From Coraliomargarita sp. (GTDB lineage: Bacteria; Verrucomicrobiota; Verrucomicrobiia; Opitutales; Coraliomargaritaceae), in contig OZ244160.1 in NCBI GenBank assembly GCA_965216325.1, positions 384,001 to 448,000 of the forward strand: DNA of 64,000 bases, in the 5' to 3' direction. Below, piece by piece: positions 1-13,900 of this stretch. How positions within the stretch are numbered: position 1 is the stretch's first letter; each line of letters opens with the position of its first letter. Below the pieces are notes generated by a model that was given only the letters and a program-made list of their open reading frames with translations, was not told the DNA's origin and made no database searches. The translations under genes and the position numbers were made by a program.

Positions 1-608
1 CCTTCTGAACCTTTCAGAGCCTGAGCCTTATCCCCTTCCACCCACATGCAAAGCGGCAGCAGCCAGGGTGTCAAAAAACCTGCTCCTGAATAGATGAGCT
101 GTCGCCATTTGAACAGGTGGGTACGCTCATCATAGTCTGTTGTCATCTCGTACCCCATGGCGATATGGGGAACGTTAAACATGGTATACCCCATTGCATA
201 GAGGAGGCTGATCATAACGGCCAGATAGATGAATATGGACCAGATCCATTCGTCACCGTTAGGGCCGGCAGCGACCGGGGGGTGCCAGATCGTCATGGTT
301 AAAATTGCCGATACAATCAGGCCGGCCAGCATCCAGGGGCGCCTCCGTCCCCAACGAGATCTGGTGTTGTCCGACAGATACCCGATAATGGGATCCGATA
401 TGGCATCGAATATTCGAGGCAGCGCAACCGCGAGGCCGACCATTGCAGCACTGAAATGTAGACCATTGACGTAAATGACACTTACCAGGCTTACCGTTCC
501 GTAGATGATGATATGGTCAGTAAATCCCCCCATCCCCCACATAACCCTCTTACTGGTGGATACATTCTCGCGAGATTCTCGTTCTTTGCTTATTTCATCT
601 TCTATCAT
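1..608 (-). CDS. GPH-family (MelB-like) MFS sugar:cation symporter, 5' part; runs off window start
   Basis: Not in ORF track. Manual translation from ATG at 608: MIEDEISKERE...PRIFDAISDPIIGYLSDNTRSRWGRRRPW...YTMFNVPHIAMGYEMTTDYDERT, carrying the GPH signature DPxxGxxSDxTRSRWGRRRPW. Confidence 0.9.
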   Translation of the reverse strand, partial: MIEDEISKERESRENVSTSKRVMWGMGGFTDHIIIYGTVSLVSVIYVNGLHFSAAMVGLAVALPRIFDAISDPIIGYLSDNTRSRWGRRRPWMLAGLIVSAILTMTIWHPPVAAGPNGDEWIWSIFIYLAVMISLLYAMGYTMFNVPHIAMGYEMTTDYDERTHLFKWRQLIYSGAGFLTPWLLPLCMWVEGDKAQALKGSE

Positions 609-650
609 ATATTTAACCTATCGGTATTTAACTTAGTGATTTAATCACAA

Positions 651-2915
651 TTAATCCATCCACAGTTCAGCACATACGGCTATTCCATCAAACCCTTCTT
701 CAATGGTTACCTTCTCTATCAGTTCGGGCTCCATTTCATCGGTACAGGCCACCGGCTGATTGGAAAGAGGGATTTCGGCCCCCCGTTTCACAAACAAGGG
801 CATCCGGTGTAATGGGCTTTGCAGATCTCGAATCCAGGTTTGACCCGTCATAGGTTTGCCTGTCCAGAAATCGATCCATTCGCCCGCAGGCAGGTACACA
901 TCCCGGCACCCCAGATCATTCATTACCGGCGCAACCATAAACGCTTCGCCAAACATATACTGATCATCGATATGCCAGCATGTTGGATCATTCTCATCTT
1001 CCATCACCAGTGCGCGCAACAGAGGCATCCCTGCTTGAGAGGCGATCTCTGCCTGTTCCACGATGTAGGGAATCATGGCATAGCGCAGTTTCCACCAACT
1101 CCTAACGGTATCGGCAACATTGGGGTACTCATAGGGTTCCCGCGGAGAGGTCCCATGATAACGGAAATGAGATGAAAAGACGCCAAACTGGGTCCAGCGC
1201 ACATACAGCTCATCCGAAGGCCAACTGTTCATAAAATCGGGCGTGCCATGAAAGCCAGGCACATCGTGCGACCAATAGGTAAAACCAGACAAGCCCAGGT
1301 GCAAGCCACCCTTGAGTGAACCAGCCATCCCCTCCCAGGAGCTTTCCGCGTCACCTCCCCAATGCAAGGGATAGCGCTGGCATCCAGCCCAGCCGGCTCT
1401 GGCCCAAACTAAGGATTGGCCCTCACCATAAACTTCCTGAGTGACTTCAAAAGCATTTTTTTGGTAAAGCAGGGCATAGAGGTTACGCAATTTTTCGGCG
1501 GGAATAGAATGGTAATCAGCTTCCATGATTATATTTTCGCCGAAATCTGTTTTTATCGCTGCAGTGCCCATCTTAAGTAAAGGCTTTAAGAGTTCGTTTC
1601 TATACCACTTACAGGCTTCGGGATTGCTGAAATCTATTTGACCAATGAGTTCCTGCATGGAGAAATCAGAGCCGGATTCTCCAGTATCGTTTAATTGAGG
1701 GACATATCCTTCTTCTTGTGCAAGAGGAGCTCTGTCACTTTTTGAAGAAATATCAGGGGTTTGCCATAGTGTGACACGATAACCTTGATCTTTTAGGTCT
1801 TTGATAAACTGGCTTGGGTTTGGAAAACGCTCTGCACTGAATTTCCATTCACAAACCCAGTCTTTTTCAAACCACCCAGTGTCGATGTGTAGGACATCAC
1901 AGGGGAAGTCCTCTCTACGTAAACGTTGGCCGATCGTGGTGATCTCATCTGCAGAAAAATAGCTCATGCGACTCATCCAGATGCCGTAACTCCACAATGG
2001 CAACTGTGGTGAAAAACCGGTTATACCGCAGTAATTGCGAAGAATATTTTTGAGATTTCCACCACCTATAATAAATAAATCGAGTTCACTATCTTCAATC
2101 AAACCCTGTGCGGAACGGGTTGAGATATCGGCTAAAGATAAGTGGGTTTTAGAACTCGTGTGAACAAATAGGCCATAGGGGCGGTTGGACATGTAAAATG
2201 GGATATTTTTATAAGTCCTGTGGGAGTTAACACCCAAGCCATCGGTGTTTTCTAAGGTGATCGTCTTCCCAGCTAAATCCATTTTGGAAAAGCGTTCGCC
2301 GGTGCCAACAAAACACTCATTATGCCGAGCCTCAAATGAAAAGGTAGTACGTATGATTTTACCATTTTTCTCAACATAAGCAAGAGGCAGTGAATCGCTT
2401 GAGCCATGGGCAAACATATCATAAGATTTAAAGGGGACAGCTACTTTACCGTCAGGGATCCACTCAATTTCCAGTGATTTTTCTCTTGCAGGAAGTAAGT
2501 CGCTCCAATGTTTGGTGGCAATCTGCTTGCAATTTATTTTTGCACGAATGTTTTGGTGGCTATCTATGATTTCGAATCCGGTAGAGGTCTCTACTACTGA
2601 CAGCTTGACTTTACTTGCCATAGTCGCCGGGTTTAGCATGTCGGAGTTGTCACTCATACTTTGAGTAGACGAAAGAGATATTCTTAGGCAGTCGTGGCCA
2701 TAGGCACTCACACATAAGAATTGTATGATCGGCTGAGTTGACTCGTTTCTAGAAAGGCAAGTATTACCAGAAATTGCTTTTACTGTGTATTCATTAAATG
2801 GAACCTCTATAATAACACTGTCGTTTTGCTCATAAACCCTTTGGGGGACATCTCCAACGCGCAGTTTTTCTGTTTTATCTAATTCGAGAAATGATTTCAT
2901 AACATTTATTTGCAT
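651..2915 (-). CDS. GH31 alpha-xylosidase (YicI-like)
   Basis: Motifs YKNIPFYMS, IKTDFGE (nucleophile), HWGGD (acid/base), WSHDVPGF, YVRWTQFG, DQYMFG. Confidence 0.9.
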   Translation of the reverse strand: MQINVMKSFLELDKTEKLRVGDVPQRVYEQNDSVIIEVPFNEYTVKAISGNTCLSRNESTQPIIQFLCVSAYGHDCLRISLSSTQSMSDNSDMLNPATMASKVKLSVVETSTGFEIIDSHQNIRAKINCKQIATKHWSDLLPAREKSLEIEWIPDGKVAVPFKSYDMFAHGSSDSLPLAYVEKNGKIIRTTFSFEARHNECFVGTGERFSKMDLAGKTITLENTDGLGVNSHRTYKNIPFYMSNRPYGLFVHTSSKTHLSLADISTRSAQGLIEDSELDLFIIGGGNLKNILRNYCGITGFSPQLPLWSYGIWMSRMSYFSADEITTIGQRLRREDFPCDVLHIDTGWFEKDWVCEWKFSAERFPNPSQFIKDLKDQGYRVTLWQTPDISSKSDRAPLAQEEGYVPQLNDTGESGSDFSMQELIGQIDFSNPEACKWYRNELLKPLLKMGTAAIKTDFGENIIMEADYHSIPAEKLRNLYALLYQKNAFEVTQEVYGEGQSLVWARAGWAGCQRYPLHWGGDAESSWEGMAGSLKGGLHLGLSGFTYWSHDVPGFHGTPDFMNSWPSDELYVRWTQFGVFSSHFRYHGTSPREPYEYPNVADTVRSWWKLRYAMIPYIVEQAEIASQAGMPLLRALVMEDENDPTCWHIDDQYMFGEAFMVAPVMNDLGCRDVYLPAGEWIDFWTGKPMTGQTWIRDLQSPLHRMPLFVKRGAEIPLSNQPVACTDEMEPELIEKVTIEEGFDGIAVCAELWMD

Positions 2916-3070
2916 ACTGGGATAAGCCTTCTTTCCCTTTTAGGGTGTACCTCAGAATTATTACTTTTGACTGGGTTAGAATAGGCCAAAATGTGAGTGA
3001 CAACCTTAACGATTCTCCAAAAAAACAGCATTATATGAACATAGAAAAAAGGGCAATTTATTGGCCTCAG

Positions 3071-3537
3071 TGAGCCGGTCTGGTAACGTTGGATAGGCTG
3101 CGACGACTAAATTAAGGTAAGCAACCAATGAAAAAGAGACGTAAATTGGGGGATGTCGCTACGCTTGGGGACACCGCAGATTTCAAAAGCAAAGTGGCGC
3201 TGAAGCGCTGTGCGAGCAACAGCCGATTCACGTACCGAGGAGCTTGCGACGACAAATCCGCAGGGCCCAATCGCGAAGCGCTATCAGATCCATCCGACTC
3301 AAGTGACCGAGTGGAAGAAGGCGTTGCAGGGCAACGCCAGTAGTGTCTTTGAAAGCACGAGCGCTAAGTACGATGAGGCGTTCAAGCAGAAGCTCAAAGA
3401 AGACCGTTTATTAAAGCAGATTGGCCAGCTCACACAACACAATCAACCCATCTCCGCAGTTTGGACTTCCATCCGGAACTCCTCCAGACTACATCTAAAC
3501 AATCGCCGCGACCTGTCCAAGGTTCAGGGCCAGCTCA
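3071..3537 (+). mobile_element. Internally deleted IS3-family derivative (MITE-like, 467 bp) with broken orfA and no orfB
   Basis: Left IR TGAGCCGGTCTGGTAACGTTGGATA (3071-3095); right IR revcomp TGAGCTGGCCCTGAACCTTGGACA (3514-3537); CAG target duplication at 3068-3070 and 3538-3540; orfA remnants MKKRRK..TADFKSKVAL and IAKRYQIHPTQVTEWKK..LLKQIGQLT in different frames. Confidence 0.85.
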
Positions 3538-3580
3538 CAGATCAAAGCTCTGACTTAGAGGAGTAAGCGGGTAATTAGGC

Positions 3581-4471
3581 TTAAATTCGCTTGTGTTTTT
3601 GCCTATATTGCCGCGGTGACTGACCGTTGATTTTTTTAAAATGTCTAGTGAAATAGTTACTGTCATTAAAGCCGATATTATAGGCGATTTCGGTAATTTG
3701 CATATTTGTGCTTCTTAAAAGGCCCATTGCTTTTTGAATGCGTAAATGAATGAGATAGTCAATGGGAGATTGCTCAGTGGCTTCTTTGAAAATACGCATG
3801 AGGTTACCTTCAGACATGCAAGCGATTTTGGCTAATTCAGCTAATTTCCATTGCTTTTGGTAATTGCCTTCAATTTCTCCTATAACTTCCGTGACTCTTT
3901 GCAATGATTGACCGCGAGCACCAGTATCCATGTGAGCATATTGACGAGAAAGATAAACAATGAGTTCAATAAGTTTAAAATAAAGACTTGCCTCAAAGCC
4001 TTGGTTTTTCTGCTGAGCTTCGGCAATCATTCCGTCCAAAATTGTTTGAACATAGGCTAATCGTTTGCGAGAAAGGTGAAGCATATTCTCATATTTCTGT
4101 TTTAGACTGGATTTAGGAGATAGAATGAACATGGCATGGTAGCCAGGGATTTTTTTCAATTCATCAATGGGCAGTTTGAGTTCATCGACTTTGAACATGA
4201 CATTATAAAAAATGAGTTCATTAAGTTCTTTGAAGTAATGCTCTTGATTACCCTGAACGAGTAGGACATCTCCTGACGTGACGGGAAACTCAATGCCTTC
4301 GACCCAGTGAATACCATCTCCACTGAGAATGATGACTAACTCATGAAAATTATGTGAGTGCTTCTTTTCGGTTAAATCTCGTTCCTCATTAGGATCTCTA
4401 TCAACAACTTTCTTTAAAGTAATGTGATAATTTGTGTCACAAAAGTAATTTTGTCCATTAGCCTGTTGCAT
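3581..4471 (-). CDS. AraC-family transcriptional regulator (RhaS/RhaR-like, cupin plus double HTH)
   Basis: HSHNFHELVIILSGDGIH cupin; C-terminal LAELAKIACMSEGNLMRIFKE and ITEIAYNIGFNDSNYFTRHFKK. Confidence 0.95.
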   Translation of the reverse strand: MQQANGQNYFCDTNYHITLKKVVDRDPNEERDLTEKKHSHNFHELVIILSGDGIHWVEGIEFPVTSGDVLLVQGNQEHYFKELNELIFYNVMFKVDELKLPIDELKKIPGYHAMFILSPKSSLKQKYENMLHLSRKRLAYVQTILDGMIAEAQQKNQGFEASLYFKLIELIVYLSRQYAHMDTGARGQSLQRVTEVIGEIEGNYQKQWKLAELAKIACMSEGNLMRIFKEATEQSPIDYLIHLRIQKAMGLLRSTNMQITEIAYNIGFNDSNYFTRHFKKINGQSPRQYRQKHKRI

Positions 4472-4564
4472 AGAGTTTTAAACCTCTCTTTTAGAATTGC
4501 TTATGTACCATGATGTGTCCTGAGAAAAATGGACATGGGATTCTCTTAAGTAGAGGATCACATC

Positions 4565-4855
4565 ATGCAAAGATGACGATACACTGCCGAGTTTAAAAAC
4601 GAGGCCGTAAAGATGCTATTAATCGAGGGGCTCTCCGTGAAGGAGGTCTCTGAACAACTCGGGGTTCCGAAGGGGATGCTGTATGCCTGGAAGGCGAAGC
4701 ATCTCGACGATCTGGAAGCACAGACTCCAGAAGGAGCTCAAAGTCCGAAGGCCTTGGCCGCAGAGAACGATCAGCTGCGCAAGGAACTGGCCAAGCAGAA
4801 GCGGATGAATGAGATACTAAAAAAAACGGTCGGCTACTTCAGCAACCCCGAGTGA
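4565..4855 (+). pseudogene. IS3 transposase OrfA with nonsense codon at codon 4
   Basis: ATG CAA AGA TGA CGA TAC ACT GCC GAG TTT AAA reads MQR*RYTAEFKNEAVKML, in frame with track ORF 4613..4855, after a GAGGA RBS. Confidence 0.85.
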
Positions 4856-5772
4856 TGCGTTACCGCTGTATTGATAAAGAGAGGGTTCGTTTCGGAGTCG
4901 ACGAACTGTGCGAGTGCTTCGGCCTGGCTCGTAGTGGCTATTACGACTGGCAGGTTCGGGGGCCGAGTGCACGCAGTCTGCAAGACGCGGCCTTCAAAGA
5001 GCGCATCGTAGAGATCCACAAGCTGGCGCGTGGTCGTTACGGACATCGACCGATCCATGATCATCTCAAGGACGAAGAGCTGGACTGCGGTCGGGACAGA
5101 ACACTTAGACTCATGAAGGAACTGGGTATCGAAGGTAAGCAGCAGAAAGGCTTCAAACCACTTGGAACGAACAGTAAGCACAACTTTGGCTATAGTCCGA
5201 ACCTCTTGAAGCAACTCGGAGCACCCACGCGCTGCGATCAAGTCTGGGTTGCGGACACGACCTATCTTCGGGTGCAACACGGCTGGTGTTATCTGGCTAC
5301 AGTAATGGACCTGTATAGTCGCCGGATCATCGGCTGGAGTGTCTCTTCGCGCAATGACTCAAAGTTGGTTTGCCAAGCGCTACAGGCTGCCGTGCTGACC
5401 CGCGGCGGCGAACTGCCAAAGGGACTGATCCATCACAGTGACCGTGGAAGCACGTATGCCAGCTACGATTACGAAGCCATGTTGAAGTGCTTCGGAATCG
5501 AGCAGAGCATGAGCGCTAAAGGCAACTGCTATGACAATGCCGCTCAGGAATCCTTCTATGGTCGATACAAGACATCAACAGTCGGCGATGAAGTCTTCTT
5601 CGACGAAAATGCTGCCCGCAGCAACGCCTTCGAGTATATCGAAGTGTTCTATAACCGCTTCCGGAAACACTCTTCGCTGGGCTATAAAACCCCGATTCAG
5701 TTCGAGGAAAAATCCGCGCCCCCCATGGGGGGCATCAACACAAGCCTAACGGCTTGCATCAATTACAACTAG
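4852..5772 (+). CDS. IS3 transposase OrfB (DDE integrase core)
   Basis: WVADTTY, DLYSRRIIGW, HHSDRGSTY, SAKGNCYDNAAQESFY, FYNRFRKHSSLGY. Confidence 0.97.
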   Translation: MMRYRCIDKERVRFGVDELCECFGLARSGYYDWQVRGPSARSLQDAAFKERIVEIHKLARGRYGHRPIHDHLKDEELDCGRDRTLRLMKELGIEGKQQKGFKPLGTNSKHNFGYSPNLLKQLGAPTRCDQVWVADTTYLRVQHGWCYLATVMDLYSRRIIGWSVSSRNDSKLVCQALQAAVLTRGGELPKGLIHHSDRGSTYASYDYEAMLKCFGIEQSMSAKGNCYDNAAQESFYGRYKTSTVGDEVFFDENAARSNAFEYIEVFYNRFRKHSSLGYKTPIQFEEKSAPPMGGINTSLTACINYN

Positions 5773-5833
5773 TCCATAAGCACCAACCATCAAAATAACG
5801 GAATCCTCTGTCCAACAATCTCAGGGCACATCA

Positions 5834-6718
5834 GAAACCTATTACCAGGCGGATCATCAGCACAGCTGTTCGGTAATCAACGGAATTGGCCGTATCGGAT
5901 ATATGTGGGGCGGTAAGTCTGCATTGTGGAATGATGAAACGATGGCCGATGAATTTGTTAATCAGGCAAAGAAATATATATCTTCAAAAAAGGATAAGCC
6001 GTTCTTTCTCTACTTTTCATCACAGGATATTCATGTGCCACGCGCACCGCATCCTCGTTTTCAGGGCAAGACAAAGCTCAGTCACCGTGGCGATGCGATG
6101 GTCCAGTTTGACTGGAGTGTCGGCGAAATTATGAGATCCCTCGAGGAAAATGGCATCAAAGATAATACCATTGTAATCTTCTCAAGTGATAACGGCCCGG
6201 TTTACGATGACGGATACAAAGACGGAACAACAGTTCGCACGTCAACTAAGGAGTCAGATGGCGGCCATGACGGATCGCGCCCATACCGTAGCGGAAAGTA
6301 CCAGATCTATGAAGGTGGTACCCGTGTGCCGTTTATTATCAGCTGGCCGGCTCAAATAAAACCAGGTAAATCATCGGCATTGGTTAATCAGATCGATTTT
6401 ATGGCTTCTCTGGGGAAACTGATCGGCGTTGAACTTGCTGATAACGAAGCGCGTGACAGCCGCGATATTCTGGGCACGTTTCTTGGAAAGAATGAGACAG
6501 GAGTTCCATATATGATTGAAGAAGCAAATGGGCTTGCTCTCCGCCGTGGTGACTGGAAATATATTGCCCCAAGGGGAGGGGGAAAGAATAAAGGACAAGG
6601 TCAGCTTTATAACCTCGGGTCTGATATTGGTGAGCGGAATAATATAATCAAAAGCAATCCGGAAGTTGCCAAAGAGATGTCAAGCATTTTGGAGAAGATT
6701 AAAAAAGAGGGGTATTAG
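5834..6718 (+). pseudogene. 5'-truncated S1 sulfatase (C-terminal half only)
   Basis: Frame opens right at the IS end (ETYYQADHQHSCSVINGIGRIGYMWGG...); has PFFLYFS, HVP, FSSDNGP, YEGGTRVPFI, LYNL; no signal peptide and no CxPxR motif. Confidence 0.9.
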
Positions 6719-6915
6719 TAGCTCTTTCAGGTCGTTTCTATTATTTACCATGACTGGTGAATAATACAAATAATTACAATAGGTAAACCTCCGGGTCTCC
6801 CGGAGGACTAACAGAGTTTTACTTATGCGGCAGTGTTCAATTTTATTAAATAAAGATTGAAAATTACTTTTAACCACGCGCTACGCCTCGAACGCCGGAC
6901 TGGAAATGGACATCG

Positions 6916-7030
6916 AAAAGCGGTTTCGAAAACCGCACTCCAAAGCGAACGTTGTTCGCCATTCCCATGGACGTACAGATTTTGCTGAGCGAAGCGAGGC
7001 TTTGGAGTGCGCGTGCTACGCACCGCTTTT
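6916..7030. repeat. Inverted pair of REP-like palindromes (REPIN-like doublet)
   Basis: 6916-6946 revcomp GCTTTGGAGTGCGGTTTTCGAAACCGCTTTT versus 6999-7030 GCTTTGGAGTGCGCGTGCTACGCACCGCTTTT; each copy has an internal hairpin; lies between convergent genes. Confidence 0.75.
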
Positions 7031-7068
7031 AGATACATACCCGACTGTTTTTAGCCGCACCCCAAAAA

Positions 7069-7269
7069 TCACTTTTGGGTGGCCTTCTTCTTTTTAAAGT
7101 AACGCACGTAATCGATTTCGTAACGGGCTTTCTGTAGCTTGGGATCGATTGTACCACCCCAGGCGCCGCCCATGGCCAGATTGAGTAAGAGGTAGGGAGG
7201 CTTGCGAAAGGGATTGGAACCATCGGCTTGATTGGCGAGCTCGTTGCCAGTTTTTTGAACCCGCCTCAT
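7069..7269 (-). pseudogene. GH16 C-terminal remnant
   Basis: NPFRKPPYLLLNLAMGGAWGG...YEIDYVRYFK is the GH16 C-terminal motif; the catalytic ExDxxE segment is absent; only 66 aa. Confidence 0.8.
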
Positions 7270-7280
7270 AAACCTCCAAC

Positions 7281-10805
<3,525 letters not shown>

Positions 10806-10965
10806 TTAGATGGGGATGTCCCATCCAAACACCTTATAGTCTAAATATTTCATTTTTACTTGGAAAGGGGCAGTACTTTTGCCCATTTGCAGTAATCCAT
10901 GAAATATTGTGCATTAAATTCCCCCGAGAGGGCTACCTACCGAAAAGCGGTAGATAGAGCTTGTT

Positions 10966-13900
10966 TTATTTAACTAACATTGGCTTGTCTTTGACAATGA
11001 ACTGACATTCGAGCCAAGGTGATTGTTTTTGTTCTTCAGCGTTGATGACGACACGGTTGTTTCCTTTTGCGGCAACAAAGGTGTTCTTTACAACCGGCAG
11101 ATCTTTGAGCTTATTCCAATTCTGGTCATAGACGCCAGCGCTTGATCCCCCCTTGAACCAAAGGTACTGATCCGTTTTAATACTGCCCTTGACCTGCAGG
11201 CTGCCTTTTCCGATCTTGATCTCCGGGTTCTTAAGTTCAGTTGCCTGCTCCACAAGTAATCTTAGATTGGATACTTGAATATCGATGTTTGTTTCTTTTG
11301 GAATCATTCCCAAGCCAAGGCTTACCTGGGAAACTGAAGCATAGTTCATATGCTTGGTTCCGAAGCGCCAACCCCATCGCAAATCACTCCAGGATACTTC
11401 ACCGCAGGGGATCACGACATCTTTCTTTCCTTTAAAATCTATGGGAACAATATAATCGCGATGGCCCCCGGCAAACACCTGTACCACCAGCACGGCTCCG
11501 CTTCCATCACCGTCAACGGTTAAGCCGATTCCACGTGCACCCCGCATACTACCGCTTGCCCGCCAACTTGGGAATTTTTCGTTCTTTATGACTTGGGATC
11601 TTTGATTGTTATAACGCAAGCGCAACGCATTGCCTGCATCCGAGAATTGATAGTCACCCAGATTTCTGATTTGTCTAGCCTTTGGCTGCAATGTGTAACT
11701 TGGAGAAACCGGTTGCATACTCACTTTGGGCCAGACGCTCTTCCCAAAGGTAGCAACAATATGGGCACCTTTCCATTTTGAATCATCGAATTTAATTTGA
11801 TTCCATTCACTCTGTGATTTTGAACTGGTCAACCAGGTCTTATCCGTAAGAAAACTAAGCGTTTCTTTACCGGTCTCGATCGTTATTGCACCAGTAAAGC
11901 AGCCATCTCCGGCAGTGTTGTGTACCTTGGCTGCAAGGAGATTATCCCCTTTTTTGAGGTATTTATGCACGTCCACTATATATCCGGATTCCCACCCACC
12001 CATATGGGTAGCTTGATGTCCATTTACAAATACTTCTACGGAATCATCGGCATGAAAAAACAAAAAGCCTGACACGGGTTGCTCTTTTAGGGTGAATTTT
12101 TTCCTCATCCAGCAATGACCCACTTTAGGTTCACCGCCAGCGACCCAGATATGCTTCGCGCTTTCAAGTGGGTGCCGTTCCTTTTTCAGTCCGGCTCCGA
12201 TATTATAGGTGCTAATCGCATCATTTGCTTTTTTATTAATCTCTTGTCTTTTTTGAGGCGAATTAGTTTGACCCTCTCCTTGTGCGGGAAGCACTCGAAC
12301 AATAACTTCTGGCTCGGACTCTGGATATGGATTGTTCAGCTCCAAGGCGTCTCCGGACTGCACGTATTGTCGGGGAGTTATCGCGCCGAATTCTGAGCCT
12401 GTGGCCCATGGAATTTCAATCCCCTCACGACGCATCAATTGTTTGGGAGTGATTGCATATCCAAGGTCAGTCTTGTCGATATCAAAAATTTCATGGGTAG
12501 CAGATCGATGATAAAGTACTTCTCGCTTGCTTAGAATTCGTTTGCGCTGGGTGTCGTCCAGAAGCTTAGTTGCTTTTTTCCAGTGGTTTTGTTTTTCTAT
12601 AAACGTATCTACTAATCCATGGCTGGAAAGAATGTCACGGGTGATACCGAACATGGGCTCATTCTTCTGCATCGAATATGTCAGTTGTCCGTGAGCCGCG
12701 GCGGCAGACCATGTTGGACTATTGTCATATGGCCCGGTAGACACACGAGCATGATAGTCAAGGTTTATGCCGAACGTTGAGCCTGTGCGGTTTTTCACAA
12801 CGCCCTGGGATGACCGGAATTTATACTCCATTTGGCTGGGCATTGGACCACCTCCGGAGTTATTGCTGGTCACCATATGGCCAAGGTTCTTATAGACGTA
12901 CTCGGTAAATTTATGATACCCCCAGGGGTTTTCTGCACGATGCACTTCCCCTCCATCCTGTTCGCAATGAGTGACACCGTTGCGCTCACAGAATTCTGCA
13001 TAGCGTCTGGCGACCTCTTCGACCAAATCGGTGTCATTGCCGGGGACAAAAACAATACCGTATGACTTGAGTAAGCCCTTTGCTTTTGTCCCGACCTTAT
13101 GCTCAGAGGCTTTTGTATGATAACTACCGCGGTTGCAGTTATTCAATTTCCAAACACCGGTATCTGTCTCGGAAAAACTCTTTACTGCTATAAGCTCATC
13201 CCCAATCTGAAAGGTGTTGATATTGTTCCAGGGCTCAACACTTTCAGGACCTGCTATTGCTCTTTCAATAGTCGGCAACTCTGAACCAGGAGGTGCTTTG
13301 AAGTAAAGTGTTTTGTCGGTCGCAGAAGCTGGTTTTGCCAGTGTGCCGTTGATCCAACCTGCAAGTCTCGGGTCTATCGTAGGCTTGATATAGTCCGGGT
13401 CGGCATTGGCAATAGGACAGCTGAGAGTGTGAATGGCTAAACCTATGTTTTTTTCTTTTAAATATCCTGAGAAACGTTGAAAATCTTTTTCCCCATTAGG
13501 AAATATTTTGGGGTTAACGGTTAAAAAACCTCTTTGGGTGGGCCAGTATTCATCTCGCCAGGTATCTGTGTGCAGGTAGATCTCTTTCATGTCGAGTTGT
13601 TCTGCCTTATCTGCAAGATAAAAGAGGTCATCCATGGAATGGGCCGTTAGAAGAAAACGGCTCCGGTCCATATTTTTTTTCTGCCATTCTTTCACCCATT
13701 GTTTTGACCTTTCAACGGTCCACTCTCCTTTTATTTTGGGGTGAGGCAGGTTTTCCTTCACCCAGATATGGTGAAGCGCTTCATCGTATTCATCATCTGT
13801 TGCTGCAGGTATAAATGCGAAACCACCACGGGGAAGGTCTTTCCCTGTGGCCCACATCCATTTCCATCTGACGTGAGCTTCCCCCCAGGGTTTTTTTTCG

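Larger units (their letters stand above)
4511..5833 (+). mobile_element. IS3-family insertion sequence, full length
   Basis: IRL TGATGTGTCCTGAGAAAAATGGACA (4511-4535); IRR revcomp TGATGTGCCCTGAGATTGTTGGACA (5809-5833); orfA/orfB overlap with an A8 slippery tract at 4819-4826; no target duplication visible. Confidence 0.95.

Noticed and set aside
3581..4471. AraC protein as the binder of the 20-bp palindrome
   Set aside because: No copy of the motif lies near this gene or the GH31/transporter genes, and a compact palindrome is atypical for AraC sites. Not excluded, but unsupported.
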